A stretch of DNA of 64,000 nucleotides, taken from the NCBI GenBank assembly GCA_002897715.1, contig BDUA01000049.1, positions 5,821 to 69,820 of the forward strand, given 5' to 3'. The notes beneath the pieces are model-generated. The model was not told the DNA's origin and made no database searches. It saw only the letters and a list, made by a program, of their open reading frames with translations. Source of the DNA: a bacterium BMS3Abin01 (GTDB lineage: Bacteria > Actinomycetota > Thermoleophilia > BMS3ABIN01). The stretch's first letter is position 1, and every line of letters begins with the position of its first letter. Shown here piece by piece: positions 9,158 to 19,736 of this stretch. A program made the translations under genes and the position numbers.

Positions 9158-9390
9158 CCCATCTTTAGTATGAAGAATACCAGGACTACGGCGAGGATAA
9201 TATCGAAAACCACGAAGGCAATGATCATCCTCCTGCGGACCGGGGCAGCCATGCCGCCGGCGGCCGGCGGCCGGCCCTTATCTTCCGTGAACGGATCCCG
9301 GACGACACCGTACTCCTCCAGCGAGATGCCGCAGCTTTGGCAGAGCCTTGCTCCCTCTCTTACCTCCGCGGCGCACTTGGGGCAATGCAT
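9154..9390 (-). CDS. Zinc-ribbon protein with C-terminal TM helix
   Basis: MHCPKCAAEV...CQSCG (CxxC...CxxC), then IIAFVVFDIILAVVLVFFIL. Confidence 0.5.
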   Translation of the reverse strand: MHCPKCAAEVREGARLCQSCGISLEEYGVVRDPFTEDKGRPPAAGGMAAPVRRRMIIAFVVFDIILAVVLVFFILKMG

Positions 9391-9490
9391 CCATGCCTCC
9401 CTGAAGCTCGAATCGACCTGAATGAATCATAACCAATCAGCCGCTGGTTGAACAACTGCCGCGACACAGGCAACTGGTAGCCGGAACCGC

Positions 9491-10930
9491 TCAATCCATG
9501 ATGAACAAGCGTGTCTGCTCCGGAGACGAGCTGGTGGAGACCCGCTTTACCTTGCCCGAAGAGAGCTCCTTGAGGAAGATATCATCCTTGCCGTTGGTGT
9601 CCCCCTCCACCAGGTTGGTGGCCGCGGATACGAAAGCGGCGTAGCCGGCGCCGCCGGCGATGGCTATGACCTCACTGCCGCCGTTTGCCGGTACCCCGGT
9701 GGCGTCGGCTGAAACCAGGGTTACGGCGCCGGTGGTGATATCCTTGATGAACACGTTCTCCTTGCTGGCCACGCCGCCGGGGACCAGGTTCGTGGCATTG
9801 GAGCCGAAAGCGATGTAACGGCCGTCCGCAGAAATGGACACCGAGGCGAAGCTGTCGTCGTCGCCGGCTGTTCCGGCGGCGTCGCTGGAAACCAGGGTGG
9901 TCCCGCCCGTCTGGATGTTCTTGACGAAGACATCCCGCTTACGGTTGTCGTCGGCGCCGGACAGGTTGGTGGCCTCCGACTCGAAGACGACGAAATCTCC
10001 ACCGGCGGCGATGGCCAGAGCCTGGTAGCCGCTGGCCTTGTTGCCCGGTGAACCCTCGGAGTCGCTGGAAACAAGCGTCGTTATGCCCGTCTCCCTGTCC
10101 TTGATGAACACATCCGGGCTGCCGTTGCCATCGACGGAAACCAGGTTCGACGCCAGGGACTTGAAGGCGATGACCCGGCCGTCAGCGGAGACGGAGGGCA
10201 GGTCGCTGGCGTTATCGGCCGAAGCACCGTCCGAGTCGCTGGAAACCAGGGTGGTAAACCCGGTCCGGGTGTCTTTGACGAAGATATCGGCCGTGCCGTT
10301 GCCGTCCCCCGCCACCAGGTTCTCCGCCGACGAACGGAAAGCGACATACCGCCCATCAGCGGATATGGCGGGATGGATACTGTTTCCCCGGGCCGGCTTG
10401 CCATCCGAATCCGTCGACACCAGGGTGACGGCACCGGTCTCCAGGTCCTTCAGGTATATATGGGAACACTGGGTGTCCAGGCCCTCGGAGCTGATGCAAT
10501 CGCCGCCGCCTGCTTCAGGGACCAGGCTGGTGGCGGTAGACTGGAACGCCACGTAGCGCCCGTCCGCCGAGATGGCCGGGTACTCACTGTCGCCGTCGGC
10601 CATCCCGCCCGCCTCGTCAGACGAGACGGAAACGGTCTCGCCGGTGCGGATATTCTTGAGATAGACCGCCCGCCCCCCGGAAAACTCTTCATTGATCAGA
10701 TCGGTGGCGTCGGAGGCGAACACCACGAAGTGACCATCCCCGGTGACGGCGGGCTGCATGCTGTTGGAATCGGCCTCCTCTTCGGGCCGGCCCACGGTTA
10801 CCACCCGCGTCTCCACCGAACCGGTCTTGAGTCTCGACAGGGGACCACACCCGGATGCCGTCAGCAGGCCCGTGAGCAAAAGCAAGCATGATATTGAGAC
10901 AAGAAAACCCTGCCTCATCAGCTCAGGCAA
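9491..10930 (-). CDS. PD40/TolB-like beta-propeller repeat lipoprotein
   Basis: Lipobox LLTASGC. About eight repeats of the pattern P(A/S)ISADGRYVAF.S.A.NLV..D.N...D(I/V)F(V/I)KD..TG.TTLVS. Confidence 0.65.
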   Translation of the reverse strand: MPELMRQGFLVSISCLLLLTGLLTASGCGPLSRLKTGSVETRVVTVGRPEEEADSNSMQPAVTGDGHFVVFASDATDLINEEFSGGRAVYLKNIRTGETVSVSSDEAGGMADGDSEYPAISADGRYVAFQSTATSLVPEAGGGDCISSEGLDTQCSHIYLKDLETGAVTLVSTDSDGKPARGNSIHPAISADGRYVAFRSSAENLVAGDGNGTADIFVKDTRTGFTTLVSSDSDGASADNASDLPSVSADGRVIAFKSLASNLVSVDGNGSPDVFIKDRETGITTLVSSDSEGSPGNKASGYQALAIAAGGDFVVFESEATNLSGADDNRKRDVFVKNIQTGGTTLVSSDAAGTAGDDDSFASVSISADGRYIAFGSNATNLVPGGVASKENVFIKDITTGAVTLVSADATGVPANGGSEVIAIAGGAGYAAFVSAATNLVEGDTNGKDDIFLKELSSGKVKRVSTSSSPEQTRLFIMD

Positions 10931-10981
10931 CGGTGACTATTACCCGCAGGCGTGTTCCCGGACGGGCCCAGGGCAACAGGA

Positions 10982-11434
10982 TTACTCATTACCCTCGTAG
11001 CGATTGAGAATGGGCGAGAGAGCGACCTGGGTGGCGCCACCGGAATCGGTGCCGATGCCGATGATCACGTTTCTGTCGCCGAAATCAGGATTCTCCAGCT
11101 GCTTGCCCTGGAAGAATGTCTTCTGGTCCTGGCCGCCGAAATCCGACCATTGCTGGTTGCTCTTCCAGCCCTCCTTGCTCATGGTATCATCGTACCAGGA
11201 CTCCACCTCCGCCGCCTTCGCGTCAACCGTATACGTGGTGCTCACACCCAGTTCCTGGGTGATGACCGCGCCCGGGTACAACGGCAGGTCATAGTCGCCG
11301 ATGAGTGTGCGTTCGCTGGTGGCGTGGGCGGCGTCATCGCCGCCGGTGCTGGTGCCGCCGGAGCCGGTATCGCCGCAGCCGGTCAGCAAGGTTAGCAGCA
11401 GTAACGGGGTCAGTATTAACAGCCATCTCTTCAT
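10982..11434 (-). CDS. Hypothetical lipoprotein
   Basis: Signal plus lipobox LLTLLTGCGD. No recognised domain. Confidence 0.5.
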   Translation of the reverse strand: MKRWLLILTPLLLLTLLTGCGDTGSGGTSTGGDDAAHATSERTLIGDYDLPLYPGAVITQELGVSTTYTVDAKAAEVESWYDDTMSKEGWKSNQQWSDFGGQDQKTFFQGKQLENPDFGDRNVIIGIGTDSGGATQVALSPILNRYEGNE

Positions 11435-11545
11435 ATGACGGATCCTCCTTATCTGTGACAGCTATAATATCATTTGCATGGCGATAGTCACGCCATCGTG
11501 CTAAACTTATGCCCTGTAAATGCACTTTGCGGGGGTGGGAAACAG

Positions 11546-11899
11546 ATGCCAGGTAAAATCGAGGGAGGGCATCGCCCGGTGGTTTTTTGGGCGATTTGTT
11601 CAGAATGCCTCACTTACGTCTGGGTAGATGAATCATCCATCGTCAGCGAGAAAACCATAATCTGCCAGTATTGTGACTCGCCCATATCCTTGTCGGGAGG
11701 AGATGCGCTTGTCGAAAGGTGTAATCAGCTGCAGTGCCTTCTGGAGGATGTGGAACGCCAGGTCTCAGCGCTGCCGAGCGCCATCGATGTCCACCGGTTC
11801 TTCTCGGAACAGGTTGGAAATATCGCCAGTTCATTCAATGACAGGCTGGACGAGATACAGGCCGGCAAGGATGTCTCGTCGATCGAGGTCGAAGCCTGA
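11546..11899 (+). CDS. Hypothetical zinc-ribbon / coiled-coil protein
   Basis: ATG at 11546, inside track ORF 11474..11899. CSEC...CQYC pair followed by a helical acidic tail. Confidence 0.4.
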   Translation: MPGKIEGGHRPVVFWAICSECLTYVWVDESSIVSEKTIICQYCDSPISLSGGDALVERCNQLQCLLEDVERQVSALPSAIDVHRFFSEQVGNIASSFNDRLDEIQAGKDVSSIEVEA

Positions 11900-11938
11900 C
11901 CGCACAGCGACTCCGGCTGTCCGGCATCCCGGGAGGTA

Positions 11939-14716
11939 ATGGACCCTAGCCTGGCTACCGACGCTCCGCACAGCCTCTCCCCCCACCAGGTAGCGGAACT
12001 GCTCAGCAGCGACAGCACCAGGGGGCTGAACCCTGAGGAAGCTGCCTCGCGCCTGGAGGAATACGGGCCCAACACCCTGCCCGCCGCTCCGCGGCTGAGC
12101 CCACTCAAGCTGTTTCTCGGCCAGTTTCGCAGCCTGCTGGTGCTGGTACTCATCGCCGCCGCCGCCGTCGCCTTCACTATCTGGCTTTTGATGCGGGAAG
12201 AGGCCCTGCCCTACGACTCCATCGTCATCATGGCCATCGTCCTGGCCAACGCCGCCCTGGGATTCTTCCAGGAATACCGTGCCGAACAGAGCCTGGAAAA
12301 GCTCATGACCCTCAGCGGCCCTCAGGCAACGGTAGTCCGGGGGGGAACCAGGATGCGGATCACGGCAGCGGATATCGTACCCGGCGACCTGATGGTGATC
12401 TCCACCGGCGACAGGATCTCGGCGGATGGCCGGCTGCTGACGGCGGCAGCGCTGGAGGCCGATGAAAGCCTGCTTACCGGCGAGAGCACCCCCGTCGCCA
12501 AGTCCACCGGAGCGGTGGCGGCGGACGCCCCTCTCGCCGATCGCACTGACATGGTATTCTCCGGCACCACCATAACTTTCGGGCACGGCACCGCCATGGT
12601 CACCAATACCGGCCCCGGCTCCCAGATGGGCAAGATAGCCGAACTCATGCATGAAGCCCCCTCGCGGGAGACGCCGCTGCAGCAGAACCTCGACCAGCTG
12701 GGCAAGCGCCTGGCGGTTATAGTACTGGTTATCGCCACCATCGTCGCCGTGATAGGTTTTATCGCCACCGGCACGACCGACATGGATAACGCGGTGGAGA
12801 TGCTCCTGTTCGGTGTGGCGCTGGCGGTTGCGGCCATCCCCGAAGGGTTGCCGGCGGTAGTCACCGCCGCCCTGGCCCTGGGAACCCAGCGGATGGCGGC
12901 GAGAAAAGCGCTGGTCAGACGGTTGCCGGCGGTGGAGACCCTGGGAAGCACCACTGCCATCTGCTCCGACAAGACCGGTACCCTGACCATGGGGGAGATG
13001 ACCGTGCGGGAGATAGCCACTCCCGCCGGAAGCGTAACGGTGACCGGGGCCGGCTACGCCCCCGAGGGTGAGCTGGAAGGGCCGCCGGAGGCCCTGACCC
13101 TGGCGTCGAAACTGGCACGCTCGGCGATGCTGTGTAATGATGCCTCGATCCGGAGGCTGGAAGACGGGCGCTGGCAGGCGGTGGGCAACCCTACCGAAGC
13201 ATCGTTGACGACCCTGGCCGGCAAGATGGGAATGGATTACCAGGAGCTCAGAGAGAACACACCCCGGCTGGCCGAGGCTCAGTTCTCGTCGGAGCGGAAG
13301 CGCATGTCGGTAGTCGTGGCCGACGGTGACCAGACAATCATCCACAGCAAGGGAGCCCCGGAGAGGATCATCCCCTCCTGCTCGCATATCATTACCGCTG
13401 CCGGCGCGGCCCCCCTGGATGACGCCGGACGCCAGGAACTGCTTTCCCAGGCGGCCGCTATGGCCTCGCGGGCGCTGAGGACCCTGGCGGTGGCTACGGG
13501 CAGTGTGGAGAAGGACGGCTGTGAAGATGTGGAGGCCTGCGAACAGGGACTCATCTTCCTGGGCCTGGTCGGCATCGCCGACCCGCCCCGCCCCCAGGCG
13601 GCCGCATCCATCAAGGAATGTTATCAGGCGGGCATCCGGGTCTACATGCTCACCGGCGACCACCGCGTCACTGCCCAGGCCATAGCCGCGGAGCTGGGCA
13701 TCAGCGGTGACGCCATGACCGGCAGTGAACTGGACGAGACCAGCGATGAGGAGCTGGCGGGACTGATGGAGAAAGTAAGCATCTTCGCCAGGGTCTCACC
13801 CAGCCACAAGGTGAGGATAGTCAAGGCGCTCCAGCAGGAGGGACACAAGGTGGCGGTGACCGGCGACGGCGTCAACGACGCGCCGGCGCTCAAGCACGCG
13901 GATATCGGTATCGCCATGGGCCTGGCCGGAACCGATGTCTCCCGGGAAGCGGCGGACATGGTCCTGGCGGATGACAACTTCGCCACCATCGTGGCCGCGG
14001 TGGAGGAGGGGCGCTCCATTTTCAGCAATATCCGCCGGTTCATCACCTTTTTACTGGCAACGAACGCCGGCGAGATACTCACCCTTTTCCTGGGAGTGCT
14101 CATCGCCGCCTGGCTGGGGCTGTATAGCGACGGCAAACTGCTTTTACCCCTGCTGGCGGTGCAGATACTCTGGATCAACCTGGTGACGGACGGCCTGCCG
14201 GCGCTGGCGCTGGGCGTGGAGCCCAAACACGCCGGCGCCATGATGCATCCGCCGCGGCCGCCGGAAGAGCCAGTGATAAACCGCATCGTCTGGGAGCGCA
14301 TCGCCGTGGTGGGTACGGTTTCCGCCGCCGGCACCCTGCTGCTGCTGGACGCCTACCTGCCGGGAGGACTGGTGACCGTCTTCGGCGGTAAGGACATCGC
14401 CTACGCACGCACCATGGCTTTCGTCACCCTGGCCATCTTCCAGATGTTCGACGCCTTCAACTGCCGCCAGTTGACACACAGTGTCCTGAAACACATGTTC
14501 GGCAACAGATGGCTGAACGCGGCTGTGGCCGTCTCCATGGCCATGATGGTCGCGGTGGTTCACATACCCGTCCTGCAACGCGCCTTCCATACGGAGTCCC
14601 TCTCCGTCTTCGACTGGCTGGTGGCTATCGCCGTGGGCAGCCTCTCCCTGTGGGCGGTGGAGCTGCTCAAAGCCGCCACCGCCTCGCGTAACCAGGTTGC
14701 TGCAGACAGGTCCTGA
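11939..14716 (+). CDS. P-type cation-transporting ATPase, type IIA (Ca2+-ATPase-like)
   Basis: Phosphorylation motif [10 protein letters not shown]; PEGLPAVVT in M4; hinge [13 protein letters not shown]. 925 aa with 10 predicted TM segments. Confidence 0.85.
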   Translation: MDPSLATDAPHSLSPHQVAELLSSDSTRGLNPEEAASRLEEYGPNTLPAAPRLSPLKLFLGQFRSLLVLVLIAAAAVAFTIWLLMREEALPYDSIVIMAIVLANAALGFFQEYRAEQSLEKLMTLSGPQATVVRGGTRMRITAADIVPGDLMVISTGDRISADGRLLTAAALEADESLLTGESTPVAKSTGAVAADAPLADRTDMVFSGTTITFGHGTAMVTNTGPGSQMGKIAELMHEAPSRETPLQQNLDQLGKRLAVIVLVIATIVAVIGFIATGTTDMDNAVEMLLFGVALAVAAIPEGLPAVVTAALALGTQRMAARKALVRRLPAVETLGSTTAICSDKTGTLTMGEMTVREIATPAGSVTVTGAGYAPEGELEGPPEALTLASKLARSAMLCNDASIRRLEDGRWQAVGNPTEASLTTLAGKMGMDYQELRENTPRLAEAQFSSERKRMSVVVADGDQTIIHSKGAPERIIPSCSHIITAAGAAPLDDAGRQELLSQAAAMASRALRTLAVATGSVEKDGCEDVEACEQGLIFLGLVGIADPPRPQAAASIKECYQAGIRVYMLTGDHRVTAQAIAAELGISGDAMTGSELDETSDEELAGLMEKVSIFARVSPSHKVRIVKALQQEGHKVAVTGDGVNDAPALKHADIGIAMGLAGTDVSREAADMVLADDNFATIVAAVEEGRSIFSNIRRFITFLLATNAGEILTLFLGVLIAAWLGLYSDGKLLLPLLAVQILWINLVTDGLPALALGVEPKHAGAMMHPPRPPEEPVINRIVWERIAVVGTVSAAGTLLLLDAYLPGGLVTVFGGKDIAYARTMAFVTLAIFQMFDAFNCRQLTHSVLKHMFGNRWLNAAVAVSMAMMVAVVHIPVLQRAFHTESLSVFDWLVAIAVGSLSLWAVELLKAATASRNQVAADRS

Positions 14717-14728
14717 AGGGCTCCCGCC

Positions 14729-16969
14729 GTGATCCGCCTTTCACCCGAGACCTATGAGCAGATAGCCGCTGTCAGCCACCAGGCGGCCCGCCGGGGCGAT
14801 TACAGGCCCATCCCCGGCAACCTGGACAGCAGCCTGTCGGCGGCGCTGCGACGCCAGGGCGTGGACCGTCTGTACAGCCACCAGGCCCGCTCCCTGGAAC
14901 TGGTGAGGGAGGGCCGGAACGTGGTGATCACCACCGCCAGCGCCAGCGGCAAATCGCTGTGCTTCAACCTGCCGGTGCTGGATGAACTGGCGGCCGGCGG
15001 TAAAGCGCGGGCTCTTTATATCTATCCCACCAAGGCGCTGGCCCAGGACCAGATTCGGAAGATACAGGGCCTGGAGCTATCCGGCGTCCGGCCGGGCATC
15101 TACGACGGCGACACCCCGTCAGACCACCGGCCACAGATAAGACGCCGTGCCAATATACTCATGACCAACCCCGATATGCTGCACACCGGTATCCTGCCGC
15201 ACCGGGATTCCTGGAACGACTTCTTCTTCAACCTGCGCTTCGTGGTCATCGACGAAGCCCATACCTATCGCGGCGTCTTCGGTTCCCATGTTGCCAATGT
15301 ACTGCGCCGTCTCCGGAGAATCTGCGACCTCTACGGCTGTGACCCACGTTTCCTGCTGACCACGGCTACCATCGCCAACCCCCTGGACCTGGCCGTGTCC
15401 CTGACCGGACTTGATTTCCAGCTGGTGGAAAGCGATGGCTCACCACGGGGCGAACGACAGATAGTGTTATGGAACCCGCCGCTGATCGACAAGGCGCTGG
15501 GCCTCCGGCGCAGCGTTTTCACCGAGGCCGCCGGCCTGTTTTCCGACCTGCTGCTGAAGGGCATACGAACCATGGTGTTCACCCGGACGCGCAAGGGTAC
15601 CGAACTGGTCTACAAGTATGCCGCGCAGCGCCTGGAGGAGACCGCGCCGGAGCTCATCGACCGCATCTCCCCCTATCGCGGCGGTTACACGCCGGCGCAG
15701 CGCCGGGAGATAGAGGAGGGGCTGTTCGGGGGCGCCCTGGCGGGGGTGGTATCCACCAGCGCCCTGGAACTGGGCATCGACGTGGGCGGCATCGACGCCG
15801 TGATATCGGCGGTTTTCCCCGGCACCATCGCCAGTCTCCGGCAGCAATGGGGTCGCGCGGGCCGCGGCGGCGCCCCCAGCCTGGCCGTTTTCATCGCCGG
15901 CCAGGACGCCTTGGACCAGTTCTTCGTGGAGCATCCGGACCAACTGCTGGACCGCGACGTGGAGTCGGCCATCCTCGACTTCGAGAACGAGCAGATATTC
16001 ACCGGCCACCTGGGGGCGGCCGCCTACGAGGCGCCGCTGGAACAGAAGGACGAGCGGTTCTTCGGACCGGGCATGGGCGCGGCGATCGGCCGTCTCCGGG
16101 CCGAGGGCAAGCTGCTAAGCCAGGACGGGCGGTTCATCTGGGCCCTGCCGGACTACCCCGCAGCCTCCATCTCCCTGAGGTCCTCCTCCACCGATTCCTT
16201 TGCCATAGTCCTGGAGGATACCGGCATGGTGCTGGGCCGGGTGGAGGCGGAGCGGGCTTTCATCTTCGTCCACCCCGGCGCCATCTACCTGCACCTGGGC
16301 GAAACTTACCAGGTGCGGCGGCTCGACCTGGCCGGCAGGGTAGCCCTGGTGCGGCCGGTGGTCGCCGACTACTACACCCAACCCAGGAAGGAGACCTCCA
16401 TCGAGATCGAGGAGCGCTCCCTGGTCCGCCGCTGTTGCGGCGTTGAGCTCTCCTTCGGCAGGCTGCTGGCTACCGAACAGGTGGTCGCCTACCAGAAGAA
16501 GTCACTGACCGATAACCGGGCGCTGGAACTGGTGGACCTGGACCTGCCGGAGCAGAGCTTTTACACAGAGGGTCTCTGGTTCCCGCTTGCCGGGGAGATA
16601 ACCACCGCGATAGAGGCGCCGCAACTTGCCGGCGGCCTGCACGCGGCGGAGCACGGGCTCATCGCCCTGCTGCCCCTGTACGCCATGTGCGACCGCTGGG
16701 ATATCGGCGGCCTCTCCACCGAGTTCCACTGGCAGACCGGCGGTCCCTCAATCTTTCTCTATGACGGTCACCCCGGCGGTATCGGTATCACCCGCACCGG
16801 TTTCCACAGGTTCGAGGAGCTGATCGGCAGCGCCCTCGGGCTCATCTCCTCCTGCCGCTGCGCCCGGGGCTGCCCGTCATGTATCCAGTCGCCCAAGTGC
16901 GGCAACCTCAACGAGCCGCTCAGCAAGGAAGCCGCCATCACCATTCTCCGGTCGCTGAACACCGGCTAG
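14729..16969 (+). CDS. DEAD/DEAH-box helicase with C-terminal DUF1998/MZB zinc domain (MrfA/YprA-like)
   Basis: Walker A SASGKS; DEAH box VVIDEAHTYRG; C-terminal four-Cys motif CRCARGCPSCIQSPKCGNLNEPL, characteristic of DUF1998. Confidence 0.75.
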   Translation: MIRLSPETYEQIAAVSHQAARRGDYRPIPGNLDSSLSAALRRQGVDRLYSHQARSLELVREGRNVVITTASASGKSLCFNLPVLDELAAGGKARALYIYPTKALAQDQIRKIQGLELSGVRPGIYDGDTPSDHRPQIRRRANILMTNPDMLHTGILPHRDSWNDFFFNLRFVVIDEAHTYRGVFGSHVANVLRRLRRICDLYGCDPRFLLTTATIANPLDLAVSLTGLDFQLVESDGSPRGERQIVLWNPPLIDKALGLRRSVFTEAAGLFSDLLLKGIRTMVFTRTRKGTELVYKYAAQRLEETAPELIDRISPYRGGYTPAQRREIEEGLFGGALAGVVSTSALELGIDVGGIDAVISAVFPGTIASLRQQWGRAGRGGAPSLAVFIAGQDALDQFFVEHPDQLLDRDVESAILDFENEQIFTGHLGAAAYEAPLEQKDERFFGPGMGAAIGRLRAEGKLLSQDGRFIWALPDYPAASISLRSSSTDSFAIVLEDTGMVLGRVEAERAFIFVHPGAIYLHLGETYQVRRLDLAGRVALVRPVVADYYTQPRKETSIEIEERSLVRRCCGVELSFGRLLATEQVVAYQKKSLTDNRALELVDLDLPEQSFYTEGLWFPLAGEITTAIEAPQLAGGLHAAEHGLIALLPLYAMCDRWDIGGLSTEFHWQTGGPSIFLYDGHPGGIGITRTGFHRFEELIGSALGLISSCRCARGCPSCIQSPKCGNLNEPLSKEAAITILRSLNTG

Positions 16970-17103
16970 ATTCAAGAAGCAAAGCAGGTCCCTCGCCGCT
17001 GACGCTCCCCGGGATGACAGGGTCGGGTTTTCTTCTCCCGGATGACAGGGCTGCGATGCGGGGGCGCTGCCTACTTAATAATTCCCCGGTACACCTGTAA
17101 GAT

Positions 17104-17601
17104 ATGGCAATGGCGAATGACAGACTGTATATATCCGTTATCGGCGCGGGCGTCGGCGACGCCCGCGCCCAAGAGCTTGCCTCCGAGGTCGGCCGCCGGA
17201 TAGCCGGCGCCGGCGCCGTGCTGGTCTGCGGCGGCATGGGCGGCGTGATGGAAGCCGCCTGCCGCGGCGCCCGGCAGGCCGGCGGCAGCACCCTGGGGAT
17301 CCTGCCCGGCCTGGACCGCGGCGAAGGCAACCCCTACCTGGACTTCACGGTCCTCACCGGCATCGGCCACGCCCGCAACCTGGCGGTGGCCTCCAGCGGC
17401 GATGCCGTCATCGCTGTCGGCGGCGAGTTCGGCACACTTTCCGAGATCGGCCTGGCGCGCCAGGCCGGACGCCCGGTCATCCTTCTGGACAGTTGGCAGC
17501 TCCGCCGGCATGGGGCGCTCCCCACCGGCGTCAGCGAGGCGGCTTCGCCCGGCGAGGCGGTGGAGCAGGCGATCAGGCTGGCCGCTGCCGGCCGTTCCTG
17601 A
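17104..17601 (+). CDS. TIGR00725-family protein (LOG/SLOG-type Rossmann fold)
   Basis: ISVIGAG...LVCGGMGGVMEAACRGARQAGG.TLGILPG...AVIAVGGEFGTLSEI pattern. Confidence 0.65.
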   Translation: MAMANDRLYISVIGAGVGDARAQELASEVGRRIAGAGAVLVCGGMGGVMEAACRGARQAGGSTLGILPGLDRGEGNPYLDFTVLTGIGHARNLAVASSGDAVIAVGGEFGTLSEIGLARQAGRPVILLDSWQLRRHGALPTGVSEAASPGEAVEQAIRLAAAGRS

Positions 17602-17607
17602 CCCCGT

Positions 17608-18090
17608 TCAACAGACCGGTACCGGCTTCCTGGTGGACAGCGGCACAGACGGCTCCGCTACCTCCGGCCGCGCATCCACCACCATTACCGGACAGCGGGC
17701 GCCTTCAGTTACCCTCTTCACCAGGTTACCGTTGAGATAGCGGTAGACTGTCCCGGCGTTCTTTCTGGCGCCCATTATGATCAGATCGCATTCCCGCCGG
17801 GCGGCCACCCGGATGATGGTTTCGGCGATATCGCCCTGTTCAACCATCACCCGGGCCGTCACCCCGGCGTCGTACACGATATCCCGCAGACTCATGCCTT
17901 CCGCGTAATCACCGGAAGCAAGCACGCTGTCGATATCGCGTATGCCGGTGAGATCCAGATCACCCTCATAGGGCGGCACCACCTTCAGCACCGTAGCCCA
18001 GCAGCGCTCCTCCCGAGCCAGCCTCAGGCCCTCGTGCAGCGGTCCGGGCGCGTCGTTTACAGCGATAAGTAGATGTCTGTATTCCTGCAT
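17608..18090 (-). CDS. Universal stress protein (single USP domain)
   Basis: 160 aa. The ...CDLIIMGARK...VTEGARCPVMVV C-terminal pattern is typical of UspA-family proteins. Confidence 0.7.
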   Translation of the reverse strand: MQEYRHLLIAVNDAPGPLHEGLRLAREERCWATVLKVVPPYEGDLDLTGIRDIDSVLASGDYAEGMSLRDIVYDAGVTARVMVEQGDIAETIIRVAARRECDLIIMGARKNAGTVYRYLNGNLVKRVTEGARCPVMVVDARPEVAEPSVPLSTRKPVPVC

Positions 18091-18093
18091 GGG

Positions 18094-18957
18094 TCACCTC
18101 ACAACCAGTACGGGGATTGAGGCGTAGGTGATTACCCGCTCCGCGGTGCTGCCCAGGATGCCCTTGTCCAGGCCCCGCCAGCCGTGGCTGCCGAGAACGA
18201 TCAGGTCACTCCCCAACTCCCGGGCGGTGGCGGTGATCTTGTCCGCCGCGTGTCCTTCCTCAACCACTGTGTTCACACTCATTCCTTCCTCGCCGGCGAG
18301 TTTCTCGCCTGCCTGCACGATCTTTTCCGCCTCCTTGCGGATCTGCTCTTTCACGGTGTCTGACTTGAAGAAGCCGATCATCTCCTGGTACCGCGGCACC
18401 ACGTACAGGAGCGTCACCGACACGTCGCTGGAATCGATGAAGCCGGCGGTCCTTTGCACCGCCTTCCGGCTCAGCTCCGAGTTGTCGTACGGGATCAGGA
18501 TGTTCTGGTATACGCCGTTGCAATCCTCACACGGCTTGTTCACCACCAGCACGTCACAGGGAGCGTCGGGGATGACGCTGGCAGTCACGCTGCCCATGAT
18601 CATCTTTCTCAGCCCCCTTCTGCCATACGTACCCATGGCGATCAGGTCGGCTCCCAGTTCGTCGGCCACGGTATTGATTACATCATGGGGCTCGCCCTCG
18701 CGTATCAGGTAGTTGATATCGACATCGAACTCGCCCGAACATTCGCCCACTACCTTCTCACAGGCGTTCCTGCCGGCCCGCAGCTGCTTCTCGAAGCGGC
18801 TGCTGGAAACGGTGAACTCCTCCGAATCGTGATAAACGGCATGCACCACGGTGACCTTGCTGCCATGGGCCTGCGCCCAGTGCAGTGCCTCCACCAGGGC
18901 AGCCTTGCTGTATTTGGAATCATCGAAAGCTATTATGATGTTCTTGTAAGCGGTCAA
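18094..18957 (-). CDS. Tandem universal stress protein (two USP domains)
   Basis: 287 aa. Two copies of the pattern ...ADLIAMGTYGRRGL.K.IMGSVT..V...APCDVLVV / ...SDLIVLGSHGWRGLDKGILGSTAERVITYASIPVLVV. Confidence 0.8.
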   Translation of the reverse strand: MTAYKNIIIAFDDSKYSKAALVEALHWAQAHGSKVTVVHAVYHDSEEFTVSSSRFEKQLRAGRNACEKVVGECSGEFDVDINYLIREGEPHDVINTVADELGADLIAMGTYGRRGLRKMIMGSVTASVIPDAPCDVLVVNKPCEDCNGVYQNILIPYDNSELSRKAVQRTAGFIDSSDVSVTLLYVVPRYQEMIGFFKSDTVKEQIRKEAEKIVQAGEKLAGEEGMSVNTVVEEGHAADKITATARELGSDLIVLGSHGWRGLDKGILGSTAERVITYASIPVLVVR

Positions 18958-19736
18958 TGGGCACCTCCTCCGGTCTTGAAGATGACACCGACGCCGAGAC
19001 CGGCGGCCAGCGCCACAATGATGGCGGCTATCCCGTACAGGCCACCTTTTTCCTGCGCCAGCTCTGTAAGCGCCTTCTCCACACCCACCTCTTTAACCAC
19101 CAGTCCGGTCTCGGCGGAGTCGACGACCCGCCCGTCCCGGACCGCATAGACGGTTATCAGGTAGTCGTCCGGGGGCGCCTGGTAAGGCCAATCGAAGGTA
19201 GTGCGGTATGACTGCCCGTTACCACCGGCCTCCATCTCCACGCCACCGACCGTCTGGGAGTAGAGCTTGCCCTCTTCCTTGTAACGGATGAACTCGGAGA
19301 ACAGCGTCTTGGCCTTGCCGGGATCGACCGGAGGTTCGATAGCCGCGTTCGCCGCCAGAGCCTCATAGCCGATGCCGTACTCCTCCTGTTCCCTGGAATC
19401 GAGTATTTTCGACACATCCGCTGAGCTTTTGAGATAGTACAGGTTCGGCACATTCTGAAACTCGACCTTCTCGCTGTTCATCCACAGCAGGCCGCCCACC
19501 TTAGCCTTGACCATCATCTTCTCGTTGATGTATTTCGAGTCGATCCTGATGACCAGGTCGACGTCATCTTCCGTGTTCCCGCTCACATCGACGGTGCTGC
19601 CGTTATAGTTGATACGGATGTCTATCGTGTCATTGTCGGTTGCGACCGTCGTCTGCGCCCAGGCGCCGGGCGCCGCGACCATGAAGGCCAGCAGGGGGAA
19701 AGTCATCCAGGAGATCGTCTTTAAAAAACGCTTCAT
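18954..19736 (-). CDS. Secreted protein with C-terminal TM anchor, TIGR02186 / Alph_Pro_TM-like
   Basis: Signal peptide ...AAPGAWAQ; C-terminal GLYGIAAIIVALAAGLGVGVIF. The internal KVGGLLWMNSEKVEFQNVPNLYYLKSS and KEEGKLY segments resemble the TIGR02186 pattern as I remember it. That family commonly sits next to TauE genes. Confidence 0.45.
   Translation of the reverse strand: MKRFLKTISWMTFPLLAFMVAAPGAWAQTTVATDNDTIDIRINYNGSTVDVSGNTEDDVDLVIRIDSKYINEKMMVKAKVGGLLWMNSEKVEFQNVPNLYYLKSSADVSKILDSREQEEYGIGYEALAANAAIEPPVDPGKAKTLFSEFIRYKEEGKLYSQTVGGVEMEAGGNGQSYRTTFDWPYQAPPDDYLITVYAVRDGRVVDSAETGLVVKEVGVEKALTELAQEKGGLYGIAAIIVALAAGLGVGVIFKTGGGAH

Noticed and set aside
11831-13663. 610-aa ORF on the minus strand, opposite the P-type ATPase. 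Similar long antisense ORFs occur at 22560..23747, 25604..26761, 38228..39754, 45620..46714, 49769..51073, 52280..53308, 53666..54685 and 62012..63928.
   Set aside because: All lie exactly opposite genes with strong family motifs. Their translations are low-complexity and rich in R/G/P/H/Q/L with no recognisable domains. This is typical of stop-codon-poor shadow frames in high-GC DNA.
15469-16446. 325-aa plus-strand ORF in an alternative frame inside the helicase gene.
   Set aside because: The translation is Arg/Gly/Pro-rich nonsense. The overlapping frame 14729..16969 carries the Walker A, DEAH and DUF1998 motifs.
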